DNA from: Proteromonas lacertae
Taxonomy: Eukaryota
Assembly (NCBI GenBank): GCA_002245135.1
Contig: NGBS01000914.1
Coordinates: 1-48,836, forward strand
DNA: 48,836 nucleotides
Direction: 5' to 3'
Each line of letters begins with the position of its first letter. Positions within the stretch are counted from its first letter, which is position 1. Of the stretch, positions 24,488 to 38,566 are shown in pieces. Below the pieces are notes generated by a model. The model saw only the letters and a list, made by a program, of their open reading frames with translations, had not been told where the DNA came from and ran no database searches. The translations under genes and the position numbers were made by a program.

Positions 24488-24623
24488 AAAAAAACGAAAA
24501 ACGAAACGAATATATTATTTGAATTATCAAACATTCTCTTCAAACTTATTGAAATATTTCAACCATTATTGCTATTAAAAGCAAAAGAAACAACAATATA
24601 AAAGTAATTACTGATAAAATATC

Positions 24624-25930
24624 TTAAGAATTCATACTACTTAAACAATCTTGAATGAAATCCAATACTAACGTGTATCTTCTATCCTCTTCACTTTCTG
24701 GTTTACAACATTCAACATGATTATACTCCTTTAAATAAACATAATCTCCAACTCCAGGATTTGAATATTCTTTAGGAACAACTACAGCATTCCAATATTT
24801 ATTTATATACATCGATTTTCCTTCACCAATACTTAAACACTTTATTCCAAAATCAATAAAATTATTATTCAAATTAATCAAATACTTACTATTCGGTTTC
24901 AAACCATAAACTAAAGCAGAAGCACTAGCAAAATATAACAAAGTGTTTTTATCTGCTAATAATGGAGAGCCAAAATGAGGTGTGCAATAAAACACTACTC
25001 CTTTTGTTTGTTTTCTAATTATTGAATCTCTATTCATAAATAATTGAATTATATTATATATATATATATACTCATCTTGACATAACAATTCTTTTGCTAA
25101 TATTCCACCTAATGAATGAGTAATAAATATAATCGGATTACTTCCAATTCCACATAAACTCAATTTATATTTCACAGTATTTGCTATTGAAATAACATCT
25201 TCATCTCTTCTTGCTGTTCCCCAAGTAACTAAATGTGTAGGATAACCAATGGATATTATTCGAATGTTGTAATTCTCTAAGGATTTTGGAAGCCACATAC
25301 TTGGCCAGTTTGTTTCATTATTTTCTCCAATTCTCCAAGTGGAGAAAAAAGAACCTCTTAATCCATGAATTAAAATGATATCTACATTCTGTTTATTATT
25401 TTCATTATCTATATCTTTTTCATTACTATTATTTTTTTGTTTTATTGTCTTTTCTTCTTCTATATTATTATTACCATTATTATCATCTTCTTTTAAACTG
25501 TTTTTGATTGATTCAAATTCTACTGTTTTATCTGTTTTATTGATAATACTTTTAATATCATCTTTCATTTCAATTACTTTTATTTTTATTTTTTCACTAG
25601 ATTCTTCTAAATTGATCTTCTTATTGAGTATTGCATCTTTTCTACCATTATTCACATCATTTTCATTATCTTCTTCTTCTTCTTCTTCTTCTTTTTCTCT
25701 ATTTCCTTCTTTCATCAACTGATTAATCTTTGATTTATCTTCTTTTAATTCACTGAGTGGTGAAGGATACAATAAATAAACTCCATCTCCATAATATTCA
25801 TTTTTATTACTGATATTTTGGACAATTCGAATAGTTTGGTAGGAAAGCTTGATATCATCATATTCAAGCCATATCTTGAACTTTTTAACCCATTCTTCTT
25901 CATTTAATATTTTACCAACTTCAAACTATA

Positions 25931-25978
<48 letters not shown>

Positions 25979-27853
25979 CAGATTCTTGTGAAGAATCACT
26001 TGTTAAATTCGCAATAACTCTAGCACATTGTCTCAATACAACTTTATTATCACTTTTACTATATTCTTTCAATATAAACAATATTCCTTTCTCTAATAAT
26101 ACTTTCTTAAATAAAGGATCCTCTGATACTACAGATAAAGCCCTCAGTGAATGTCTTTGTTCTTTTTCAGTAGGAATGGTCTTCTTTTCATTCAAATACA
26201 AATTAAAATTTCCACCTCTGTATATTTCTTTATATAATTCATCTCTTATAGCTGTTGGACTATTTTTAATGATTGATTCAATAATTGTAAAAGTCCATTT
26301 CTGTAGTATTTCTTCACTTCTTTCTGAATATTTTATTAAGTTGATCATTGTCTCAATTGCATTCTTTTCTGTCTCTCCTTCACTGTTCATTAGCCAGTTT
26401 AAGATTCTTTGACTCCACATACCAATATAAGTTGCTTCACTACTTGAATCTTCTGGAAGTACAGTATATAACTCTATTGGATTGTTGATTAAGTCATATT
26501 CTTTATCAAATATATATTTCTAATAAAATAAATTAAAAAAAGAGAGAGATATTATATTTATACTCCATCTTTTGTATGACAAGTTGAGCATTTATTAATC
26601 ATTTTCATTGTAGAAATTTGTAATTTATTATTCCATAATATTCGTGGATCATTCAATAACTCATATAGAATATCAATTAAATGTTGATCTAATAAATAAT
26701 ATAAGTAATTTGAATTTTCAGTCAGTGTATAAAATGCAGATAAAGTATTTGCCTAATAAAAAATATATAATAATACTTATTATAATCATTATAAATAATA
26801 CTTTTATTTCTAAATCATTACTTTGTAAGCAATCAACTAAAAAATCCAAATTATCTTGAACTATTTTCAAATCATCTTCATTCTTCTCCAATATTGTTTT
26901 ATCTATCTTACTAATAACTTGTAAATACAAATTAACCAAAGATTTATTATACTATTTTATTTAATATATATATATATATATTATTATTATTATTATTATA
27001 CTCTTGTTTTAGGAAGTGTTAGATCACTCAACTGCATTTTACTATTTCCCTTTGAGAGAAATCCAATCATCAACCACAAGCTAAGTCTTTTATAAAGTGT
27101 TACTTTTACTGTATTGTAATATATTGTCAATAAACGACATGATAATATTAATGTCGATGGATCAATTAAAAAAAAACCATCAAATTAAAGAAAACAAAGA
27201 AGAAAATATAGTAAAATTAGAAATGATATTTTTATATAGAAATACACATTCATGATTCTCAATAAATCTATTGAGATTCAATTCAAATTCTTCATTTCCA
27301 TTTAATTTACTCAAGTTTATTAATAACTATATATATATAAATTATTATTTATACATATATTCCTCCTCTTTGTAATAAAGACATAAATGCATCTTCGTTT
27401 TTAGACATTAGAATTAATAACCTTTTCATATTTTTAGATGGTTTTACATATCTTTTATAGTGTTGTACAATCATTTTTACTAATGGGAAAGATATATAAG
27501 GAAGGTAATTTGGATTTTTTTCTAAGAAATCGATGATTTTTGTCATTGCTGAAGTATTACTCCAATGATATTTCATGTTTATACCTACTATTGGGTCTTT
27601 ATACTTAAGTCCTATTTATAGTAAACTATTTTTTTATACTTTTTGAATATGCATTTGAAATACCAATCTTTCTTTGATAGTAATAGTACAAACCAATTCC
27701 TCCAACTGCAAATGTCCAAAATCCATAATGCATCCATACTATACGACTTTTTGGCTCTTCTTCTCGTAAATAAAGATGATAATATGATTTTTTTGGATTA
27801 AATGCATTAAATTTTCGAAATCGAGTGATTCTAGTAATTTTATTCAAAAACAT
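24624..27853 (-). CDS. SERAC1: SERAC1-like alpha/beta-hydrolase (targeting peptide + TM + ARM-like region + PGAP1-like lipase)
   Basis: VDIILIHGLRG..TWR..NWPSMWLP..IIFITHSLGGILAK..GVVFYCTPHFGS..NHVECCKP. Basic N-terminus followed by a TM helix. Confidence 0.8.
25936..25974. repeat. (TA)n microsatellite inside an intron
   Basis: Uninterrupted TA run. Shorter runs occur in several other introns (e.g. ~15285, ~16622, ~26964). Confidence 0.9.
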
Positions 27854-27969
27854 ATATTATATATATCGAGAAAAATGAAAAGAAAAATTTTGAAAAACGG
27901 GTTATTGAAAAATATTTGTATTTTCATACACCTTGATTTTCAGTTTTAATCTAATTTCTATTTTTAGAG

Positions 27970-28970
27970 ATGTATGATTAGTTTATTTATCATTTAGGCC
28001 TGATAAAACTGAAAAAGAGAAGAAAATCAAGCTGACTTTAGATGAAAAGTTTATGCCAGAATTTTTTGAAGGTGTTGATATAATTCAACAACAGATTTAT
28101 GAAATAGAGTATATTAAATTCAATATAATCAATTAGTGGAACTTGTAATTTCATTAATGATATAAAGAATGCATCTTTACAAGAAGTTCAACCAGATAAA
28201 GTTAGGCGTATGATATCATCCTTATTTGTGTATAGAAAACAGTGAAAGACTAGAATCTTTACTAAACTCCACAAACTTTCAATTAAAGACAATTAAAGTA
28301 AGATTTTGATTCTATCCTTAAATAGAAATCATTAGATATATTAGAAACAAAAACAAAAGAATATGAAGAAAATCCAAACCATTCCAATGCTAGATTAAAG
28401 ATAAGAAAGAATGTAAGACAAACATTAATCAGACAATATATAAATGCAGCTAATAAATACAAAGCAACTCAAGAAGAATATAAAACAGCAATTAATAACA
28501 AAGTAAGTAGAGAAATAAAGATGATAAAACCTGAGTTAAAAGAAAATGAAATCGATGAGATTATTCAAAATGGTGATCCTAATCAGTATATACAACAAGC
28601 ACTATCTGGACCAATCAATAATCAGATTCAGGATATGTATAATCAAGTACAGGATAAATATAAAGATGTCCAAAAATTAGTTAGATCTGTGAAGCAAATA
28701 CAGAGGTTATTTGAAGATATGGCTGTTTTAGTATATAATATATATTATTTATTTATTTATTTATAATAGATTGCAGAACAAGGTGAAATATTAAATCGAA
28801 TTGAGAAAAATGTGAAAGAAGCACATCAAAATATAAAAGAAGGGAATGAGAAATTACGAGGAGCTATTGAAGAGCAGAAGAAGGCAAGAAAACTAAAATG
28901 TATAATAATGATAATCGTGTTGGTTCTTTTAATTATATTCCTATTCTATACAGGAATGGTTTCATTATAA
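27970..28970 (+). CDS. Plasma-membrane-type syntaxin (Qa-SNARE)
   Basis: FMPEFFE..Habc region; LFEDMAVL|IAEQGEILNRIEKNV SNARE motif; C-terminal TM. Five short introns, the first apparently splitting the ATG. Confidence 0.9.
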
Positions 28971-29137
28971 AAATGTCTGGAAAAGAAAAACAGTTAATAA
29001 TAATTTATATTTTTATTCATTTACATTTTTTTAAATAGGAAAAACACAAAATTTATATATAAAAAAACAAATTTTCAATATTTTAAAATTAAAGTAAAGT
29101 CTTTTTTTTAATAATATATATATTCTTTTAATTAATT

Positions 29138-30024
29138 TTATCGATTAGTCAAATATCCATTGGAAGAACTATCTAATGAATTAATACTTGTATCAGCTAC
29201 TTGATTTGGATCGCCTGACCAAGTTTGTTGAATATTTGTAGTATTCATCATCATTCTTTGAGTCATTAATTGTTGTTGTTGTTGCTGTTGCTGTTGCTGT
29301 TGCTGCTGCATAAAATATGCTTCATGGGTATGATAGAACGGTTGACTGGGGTTTAAACGATCATTATAATAATATAAGCTACTGTCTGATGTAGTTGCTG
29401 TAGTTGGGTTAGATGGAGGAGGAGGAGCTTGTGGCTGTGGTTGTTGAGGTGGCTGCGATGTATGATAGGCATAATCATCTTTCTTTGGTGCTTTTGTTTC
29501 TTCTCGCGGGATTATATCTATTAGAAAATCATATACATCTGATTTTGTAACTGCTAAGGCTATATCATTTTTCTATAAATAATAATAAACCAATATTTAG
29601 AATACTTGTAAGGTTCTTCTTTTATTTTCTTCTGTATTACACCATGATCGCATAGTCAGTTCCATAATAAATAGTTCGCATGCTTTAGCAAATAGAATTG
29701 GAACTTCTGCACTAATCATCTATCAAAAATAGATTTGAAAATATACTTTCACTTCACTGTCACTTTTCATTATCTTTTTTATTCTTGCTAGTGGTAAAGG
29801 ATTGCTTTTAAAGTCATAACTGTAAGGATCTATCATTTCCATATCTGTCTGTTGTTCATGCCAAAATTGGTTTAATTGATTGAATTGTTCTGAATAGCTA
29901 GATGATATTTGGTACTAAAAAAGTAAAATGAAGGCGGTCATACCTGTGGATTGATAGGCATTGATATATCATGTATTGCATTGGCTGCACTCATGTCTGA
30001 GTTAATATCCGACATTGGATTCAT
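29138..30024 (-). CDS. NFYC: NF-Y subunit C / HAP5 histone-fold transcription factor with poly-Q tail
   Basis: [72 protein letters not shown]. Confidence 0.93.
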
Positions 30025-30280
30025 GTAGAGGGTTAAAAAAAATAGAAAATTAATTTGATTACTCAAGCGAACAGTGTTCGAAGTTCAGTTATTTTTTTGC
30101 TTAATATTCAAGGGTTTTTATTATACTCCAAATATCTGATGAATTAGATAGTGAAATAGAATGTTTATACTATTATGTTATTGTTATGCTGTTATATTTT
30201 CATATGGATCGTGAATGAAATAAAATAAAAAATATGACTTCAATATACATATACAATGAATATAAACACTAAATTACAAA

Positions 30281-32179
30281 TTACTTTACGTTTTTAGGTG
30301 AACTACAAAAAGTTTTCATGGTTCTAGCAGATATTGGATTATAAATCTTCGGTTTTGCGATACCAGGAGGTGTAGGATTAGCATAAACCAAATCTTCTCT
30401 TTCCTTCTCCCTCTCTTTATTTGCAGCAGCAGTATATCTTGGCGAAAGTATAGATTTAGCTATAAATGAACTATAGGGAGTTCTAAGGTCTTTAGTAGTT
30501 TCTAACTTACTTCTATCATAAAGTGGTGGTTGTGGTATATAACGAGGCGATGTAGGAGACTTGGGAGATTTTGATTCATTTATTGAAGCCTTACAACCTT
30601 TACTAATCTGTGGATTAATACTGATTGGAGAAGATATTGGATTTTTATCATAATTATTTTCTAAATCATTGATTAAACTGTTGGTTAGAATATCATTATA
30701 TTCATCATTATTTACTATGGAGGAATTTGTTGTATTGACTTCTAATGTTGATTTATATAATAATATCTCTTCATTATTTTTAGTGTTATCTGTGTTAATA
30801 TTATTATTATTAGTGCTTTCCATTTCTCTCCTTTTCTTCACTTTCCATTGATAATAAATATCATTTAATTCTTTCCATTTACTTATAGGAATCATTGTTA
30901 AATAACATTTCGGTTTATCTTTCCATAACAACACTTGATTTGGATATTTTGTATCATATGTACAATAAATATGTTTAAATTTTACATTGTATTTATTAAT
31001 ATGCCTAGCACCAATATAAACAGATATAACTAAACATCCATTGTTATTTAAAGCGATTGTTTGATAGTCATGTGTTGTACTTTTGATAAAACACATTCCA
31101 TTATCTCTAATCAAAATATAAATATAAATATATATAATAAATAATACTTTGGTTCAGGTGTGTCATTACTATAATATCCAATTCCAGGCAGTTTTTCATC
31201 TAATGTTTTAGTTATTTTCTCTAATTCATTTCCATCTCCATCAAATCTACAATCATTTCGATTCTCTGTAAGAAATTGTGTATTTATTGGTAAATCATAT
31301 TCACATGGTGAGGTTGTACCAGATCGTGGACTTTCTAATTTCTCTAAATCGATATGTTTTGAACCTTTTTGCTTTGTATAATCAAAAGCATCTTTACCAT
31401 ATAAATTCATTATTGCATTTCCATTTAGATTTGGATTTAATCCTGTAACTCTTCTTATTGGATAGATATTCTTACGAACTGTTACCTTTGGAGTTGTTCC
31501 TGATGAAGACGCGTTATTTTGTGTATTTCTATTCTGTTGGTTGATTTTAATTGGAGATTTCATTATATCACAAACACCTCCATTTTCTTTATCATTTTCT
31601 TTATCATTTTCATTTTCATTGGGTTTATGAACTCGTATTGATAATTTATCAGAGTCACTGTTATATAGTGAATGTATATTCAACTCATTTTCAGTTTGTG
31701 TAGATGTTCGACTATTATATGTGGATGAAAATGGTGAATCTACTTCATTCAAGTCTTCTCTACTTATACCACTCAATAATTGACTTTTTCTGACACATTC
31801 ACCATTTCCAAGTAAAGATGGACCTGGTCCTGTTATGCTTGTTCTAGATATTGAAAATGATATTCTTGACATTCTTCTAGGTGTGTTAGAAACTTTAAAA
31901 TCTTCATCTTCTTTTATTTTGGAATTTCTCTTTTCTACTAATGCTTTCAAACTTTTCCAATCTTTAGCACATTGATCAAGCTATTAACATAACAATATTT
32001 AAGAATACTTTTTGATAGTTACTCTCAAATCCATGAAATTCATCGAGTGACAAAGGATCAGCACTACTATTTTTTTGTTGCCTTGTCAGTGCAGCTTCTT
32101 TCTATCCTTATTATGATACAAAAAATACAAATTCACGAGAAAGTATAGAGGATCTTCTCTTATCCACTTCAGGTAACAT
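30281..32179 (-). CDS. Hypothetical Ser/Pro-rich protein with a central possibly PH-like domain, 4 exons
   Basis: MLPEVDKRRSS.. splices in frame into the 279-aa and 277-aa ORFs. The domain call is tentative. Confidence 0.7.
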
Positions 32180-32319
32180 GAAAAAATGGATTAAAAAAAA
32201 TAAAATCGTTTCTCACAAACTACATTATCAAACCTATACAATTTTTATCTTATATACAAACAGTTCAAAAACCTTTTAAACATAACATAAACGAAATTGA
32301 TGATTATTAAAGAAATAAA

Positions 32320-34067
<1,748 letters not shown>

Positions 34068-34123
34068 TCATTTACAACAAGATAAATAATAATAGAAAAA
34101 AAAACAATAGAAATAAAATATAT

Positions 34124-35618
34124 TTAATCCATTGAAGCTTCTACACCTCTTAATATTAATCCCCAACCAATTAAACGGAAATGATTACCAATTTTTCTAC
34201 TTAAAGCAACTTTTTCACCTACTTCAGCACAAGACTATTAAAATAATAATAAAAAAAATGTAAATATACTGGAATAGCTAATGATAATTTAGCTACATCA
34301 CCTTCCTGACTTTTCTTGCCTTTCTTAGCAGTAGTAATGGATATAACACTCACAGAAGTACTAACAGAACCGATATTTACATTCAAAATTTCCTTAGATT
34401 TCAATCCTTCCACTTTCGCCTGTTTACCGTGTGCTTTTACTCCTAGTAATCTTTTCAATAGATAATAACTAATTTCTATTTCATTATATAGTGGAGGTAA
34501 ACTTCCTTTATGACCTAAGTTTCTTCCTACTAAGTAATCTGATCTAGCCAAGTATGGATCAATATTTGTACCAACACCTATTAAACCACCAGGTATAGCA
34601 ATATCTAATGAATTCTGTTCAGCAAATAAAGATACGATAGTTGTGTATATAGGAGATATTTTATTTTTTCCACTTGAATCTGTCCTTACAATTCCAGGTC
34701 GAATTTCTATTTCATCTCCTACTCGTAATACACCTTTCATTAAACTACCACCAGCTACTCCACCTTTCAAATCATCTATAGAGATACCTGGACGATTTAC
34801 ATCAAAACTACGGATTATTATTAATCGACCAGCACTTGTAAAATCACGAGGAGGAATTGGAATTGATTCAACAATATATTGACATACTACATCAATATTA
34901 TACTTTAGCACGGCGCTTATTGGAATTATTGGAGCACTGGCTGCTTCAGTACCATCTACAAATCGACGAATTGCATTATATTGTTCCATTGCAGCATCTT
35001 TTCGAACTAAATCGATTTTGTTTTGTAAAATTAATATGTGTTTTAATTTCATTATTTCTACAGCAGCTAAATGCTCGGATGTTTGTGGTTGTGGACAAGT
35101 TTCATTTGCTGCTATTAACAGTAAAGCAGCATCCATTACAGCTGCTCCATTCAACATTGTTGCCATATATACATCATGTCCAGGACAATCAACAAAGGAA
35201 ACATGTCTCTGCAAACGCATTGTACCTCCACATCCTTCTCTTGTGCATTTTGGATCTGTATTCATTGAACTGCCAAAAGATTTGTAACAAGAGGGTCTAT
35301 TTATCATATTTATTCATTTATACGGTGGACATTCTGGATTATCACATTTGAATATTTTAGCATTAGCATATCCTAACTTTATAGTGATATTTCTTTCTAA
35401 TTCTTTTCTGAAACGAATAGTCTATTTAAATATTATCGAATTTAATTTGTACTTGAACTCCAGTAATAGCTTTTACTACAGTTGACTTACCGTGAGCAAC
35501 ATGACCAATTGTTCCTGTTACACTAAAAATAAATTCATATACCAATGTTTATTGTTGCCTGCTTTGCCATTATCTCAGGAGTTAATGGACTGAGTTCTTT
35601 AATAGGTATATCTGCCAT
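34124..35618 (-). CDS. EIF2S3: Translation initiation factor eIF2 gamma, paralog A (4 introns)
   Basis: [69 protein letters not shown]. Confidence 0.96.
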
Positions 35619-35747
35619 GAAATGTTATGTTTGGCTTGATATAAAAATGAAGTGTAATTTAATGTAATTTACATAACATAAAAAACGATATAAATTTTAA
35701 AACATTCTAGAATATTGTAGTTTTTTTAACTTATATCTTCTGCCGAG

Positions 35748-36035
35748 ATGTCTCATATCCTTTGATATTAAACTCTTAAAAAGTTTACCTTAATTTATTT
35801 AAGTGGCAATAGAAGAGAAGTAGACAGAGCTAGAGCTGCAGCAAGAGCTGAAAGAACACATCCAAAAGAAGGAAGAGGTGGTTCAGTATATGAAAGAAAT
35901 GAATCGTATTATTTATTGATATATATTTTTAGAGACGCAGCAGCTTTAAGAGCCAAGATTGAAAAGAAGAAGGCTATGGAAGCTGCTGGTGGTGCTTCTG
36001 ATGATGGTAAAGGAAAGGGAAAGGGCAAAAAGTAG
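35748..36035 (+). CDS. SERF: SERF/4F5-family small protein (3 exons; absent from ORF track)
   Basis: Spliced MSRGNRREVDRARAAARAE..ERNESDAAALRAKIEKKKA.. matches the MxRGNQRE..R / DA..MR.K signature. Introns at 35755-35802 and 35906-35932. Confidence 0.85.
35755..35802 (+). other. U12-type (minor spliceosome) intron, 48 nt, AT-AA termini
   Basis: 5' end ATATCCTTT and branch-site-like TTACCTTAAT at 35785-35794. Removal yields ATG TCT C|GT GGC AAT (MSRGN). Confidence 0.85.
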
Positions 36036-36096
36036 ATAATACTTTTAAATTAATATATAGCTTTTCTTATTTTTTAAATTTCATTCGATTTTATTG

Positions 36097-36884
36097 TTAT
36101 TTTAATTTTCTGGTGTTGCTAAATCCACATAATTCCATCTGTCGAGTCACTACGTTTAATGATATATTTACTAAACCTGAACACTTCACTCTTGTCGATT
36201 CTCTTCCTCTGCTATCAGCTACAAAATTAGCATTATAAAACTATTTCAATTACAAAACTTATATATATTATATACCTCTGTTCTTTCTCCTGTTAACCAT
36301 GCAATAAACTCTCTTAATTTAGAAGACGAGATTGGAGTATATAAATAAACATCCTGATGATATAATCCTGGTTGAGTAGGAATTAACATTGATCCATAAC
36401 CTAATACTATATCATTTCCTCTTGAATCCAGTGCATAAACCTAACACTTAGTAAAAATCATTATTTTAAATATACGGAGAGAATGATTCTAGGCCAACCG
36501 AATGGATTTGTTGATCGAAATGTTATATCTATAGGGAAATTCCATACAAATCTACTATCTTCACTACTTGTTGTTCTTCTTGAATATTGGCTTATTCCAT
36601 CTTCTAAACCCTATTTATAGTGCAATATAATGCTAATCATATGTCATACTGTCAAAACTTGCCAATCTTGACCATATACATAACTGTATTTACAATTAAT
36701 ACAATTTGAATCGTATAGCTAATTTTACATTTTAATAAATTCAAATATATACTTTCTTACCATAATTGACTTGTCCATTCACAATTACTTGAAAATGTGA
36801 ACGAATTCCATCTCTATATATTCGTTAATTGTTAAAAATATACTGCTCCACACCAAGCTGTGGTTTAGCTGCTAATGTTGCCAT
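36097..36884 (-). CDS. B9D1: B9 domain protein 1 (MKS/transition-zone module), 6 exons; absent from ORF track
   Basis: [71 protein letters not shown]. Confidence 0.92.
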
Positions 36885-36971
36885 TATAAGTTATTAAAAA
36901 ACAATTTAAAATTCAAAATAATTTGATTCTCTTTAAAAGGCTTGAGTTTTTTTAGATTTTATAATTGATTT

Positions 36972-38410
36972 ATGTCATCGATGCATGATTTAAGTGAACT
37001 AAATCCACTTTCACCAGATATTATGGCTAAACAAGCAACTATTAATATTGGTATAATAGAAATAGATTTCATTTATAGGAACAATCGGCCATGTATCTCA
37101 CGGTAAGTCAACTGTAGTAAAAGCTATTACTGGAGTTCAAGTACAAATTAAATTCGATAATATTTAAATAGACTATTCGTTTCAGAAAAGAATTAGAAAG
37201 AAATATCACTATAAAGTTAGGATATGCTAATGCTAAAATATTCAAATGTGATAATCCAGAATGTCCACCGTATAAATGAATAAATATGATAAATAGACCC
37301 TCTTGTTACAAATCTTTTGGCAGTTCAATGAATACAGATCCAAAATGCACAAGAGAAGGATGTGGAGGTACAATGCGTTTGCAGAGACATGTTTCCTTTG
37401 TTGATTGTCCCGGACACGAGATATATATGGCAACAATGTTGAATGGAGCAGCTGTAATGGATGCTGCTTTACTGTTAATAGCAGCAAATGAAACTTGTCC
37501 ACAACCACAAACATCCGAGCATTTAGCTGCTGTAGAAATAATGAAATTAAAACACATATTAATTTTACAAAACAAAATCGATTTAGTTCGAAAAGATGCT
37601 GCAATGGAACAATATAATGCAATTCGTCGATTTGTAGATGGTACTGAAGCAGCCAGTGCTCCAATAATTCCAATAAGCGCCGTGCTAAAGTATAATATTG
37701 ATGTAGTATGTCAATATATTGTTGAATCAATTCCAATTCCTCCTCGTGATTTTACAAGTGCTGGTCGATTAATAATAATCCGTAGTTTTGATGTAAATCG
37801 TCCAGGTATCTCTATAGATGATTTGAAAGGTGGAGTAGCTGGTGGTAGTTTAATGAAAGGTGTATTACGAGTAGGAGATGAAATAGAAATTCGACCTGGA
37901 AGAGTTGAAATTAATAACAAAGGAGGATTTACCATTATTCCAATTTATACAAAAATAATATCATTATTTGCTGAACAGAATTCATTAGATATTGCTATAC
38001 CTGGTGGTTTAATAGGTGTTGGTACAAATATTGATCCAAGTCTGTCAATTAATGATAGATTGGTTGGGAAAAACTTAGGAATAGTTGGAACATTGCCAAA
38101 AATATATACTGAAATAGAAATCAGTTATTATTTGCTGAGGAGAGTGTTAGGTGTGAAAGATAGTGAAAATAATTCAAAAAAGAACAAAGTTCAAGGTTTC
38201 AAAAATAGAGAATTTCTAACATTGAATATTGGTTGTGTAACTAGTACTGCTACAATTATAACCTTTGATAAATCAAAAGTTAGAATAAAACTACAAAAAC
38301 CTGTGTGCGCTGAAATTGGTGAAAAAGTAGCTATTAATCGTTATTTAAACAAGCATTGGAGATTAATTGGTTGGGGTTTGTTATTACGAGGTAATGAAGT
38401 GGTTATTTAG
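36972..38410 (+). CDS. EIF2S3: Translation initiation factor eIF2 gamma, paralog B (3 introns)
   Basis: Same family motifs as paralog A but with GHVSHGKS and DCPGHEI. It ends [13 protein letters not shown]. Confidence 0.96.
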
Positions 38411-38566
38411 TTAATTAAGGATAATAATTTAATTGTATTAATTGTAACAATGTTATATTGTTGTTTCTTTTGCTTTTAATAGCAATAATGGTTGAAATAT
38501 TTCAATAAGTTTGAAGAGAATGTTTGATAATTCAAATAATATATTCGTTTCGTTTTTCGTTTTTTT

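Larger units (their letters stand above)
14095..24601. repeat. Left arm of >=10.4-kb inverted segmental duplication
   Basis: Reverse complement of 38453-48836 with the same genes in mirrored order. The outer limit is set by the window end. Confidence 0.95.

Noticed and set aside
27042..27245. Intronic snoRNA suggested by small hairpins (cgacat..atgtcg) and TGATGA
   Set aside because: No matching D box or H/ACA layout, and the stretch is better explained as an in-frame exon.
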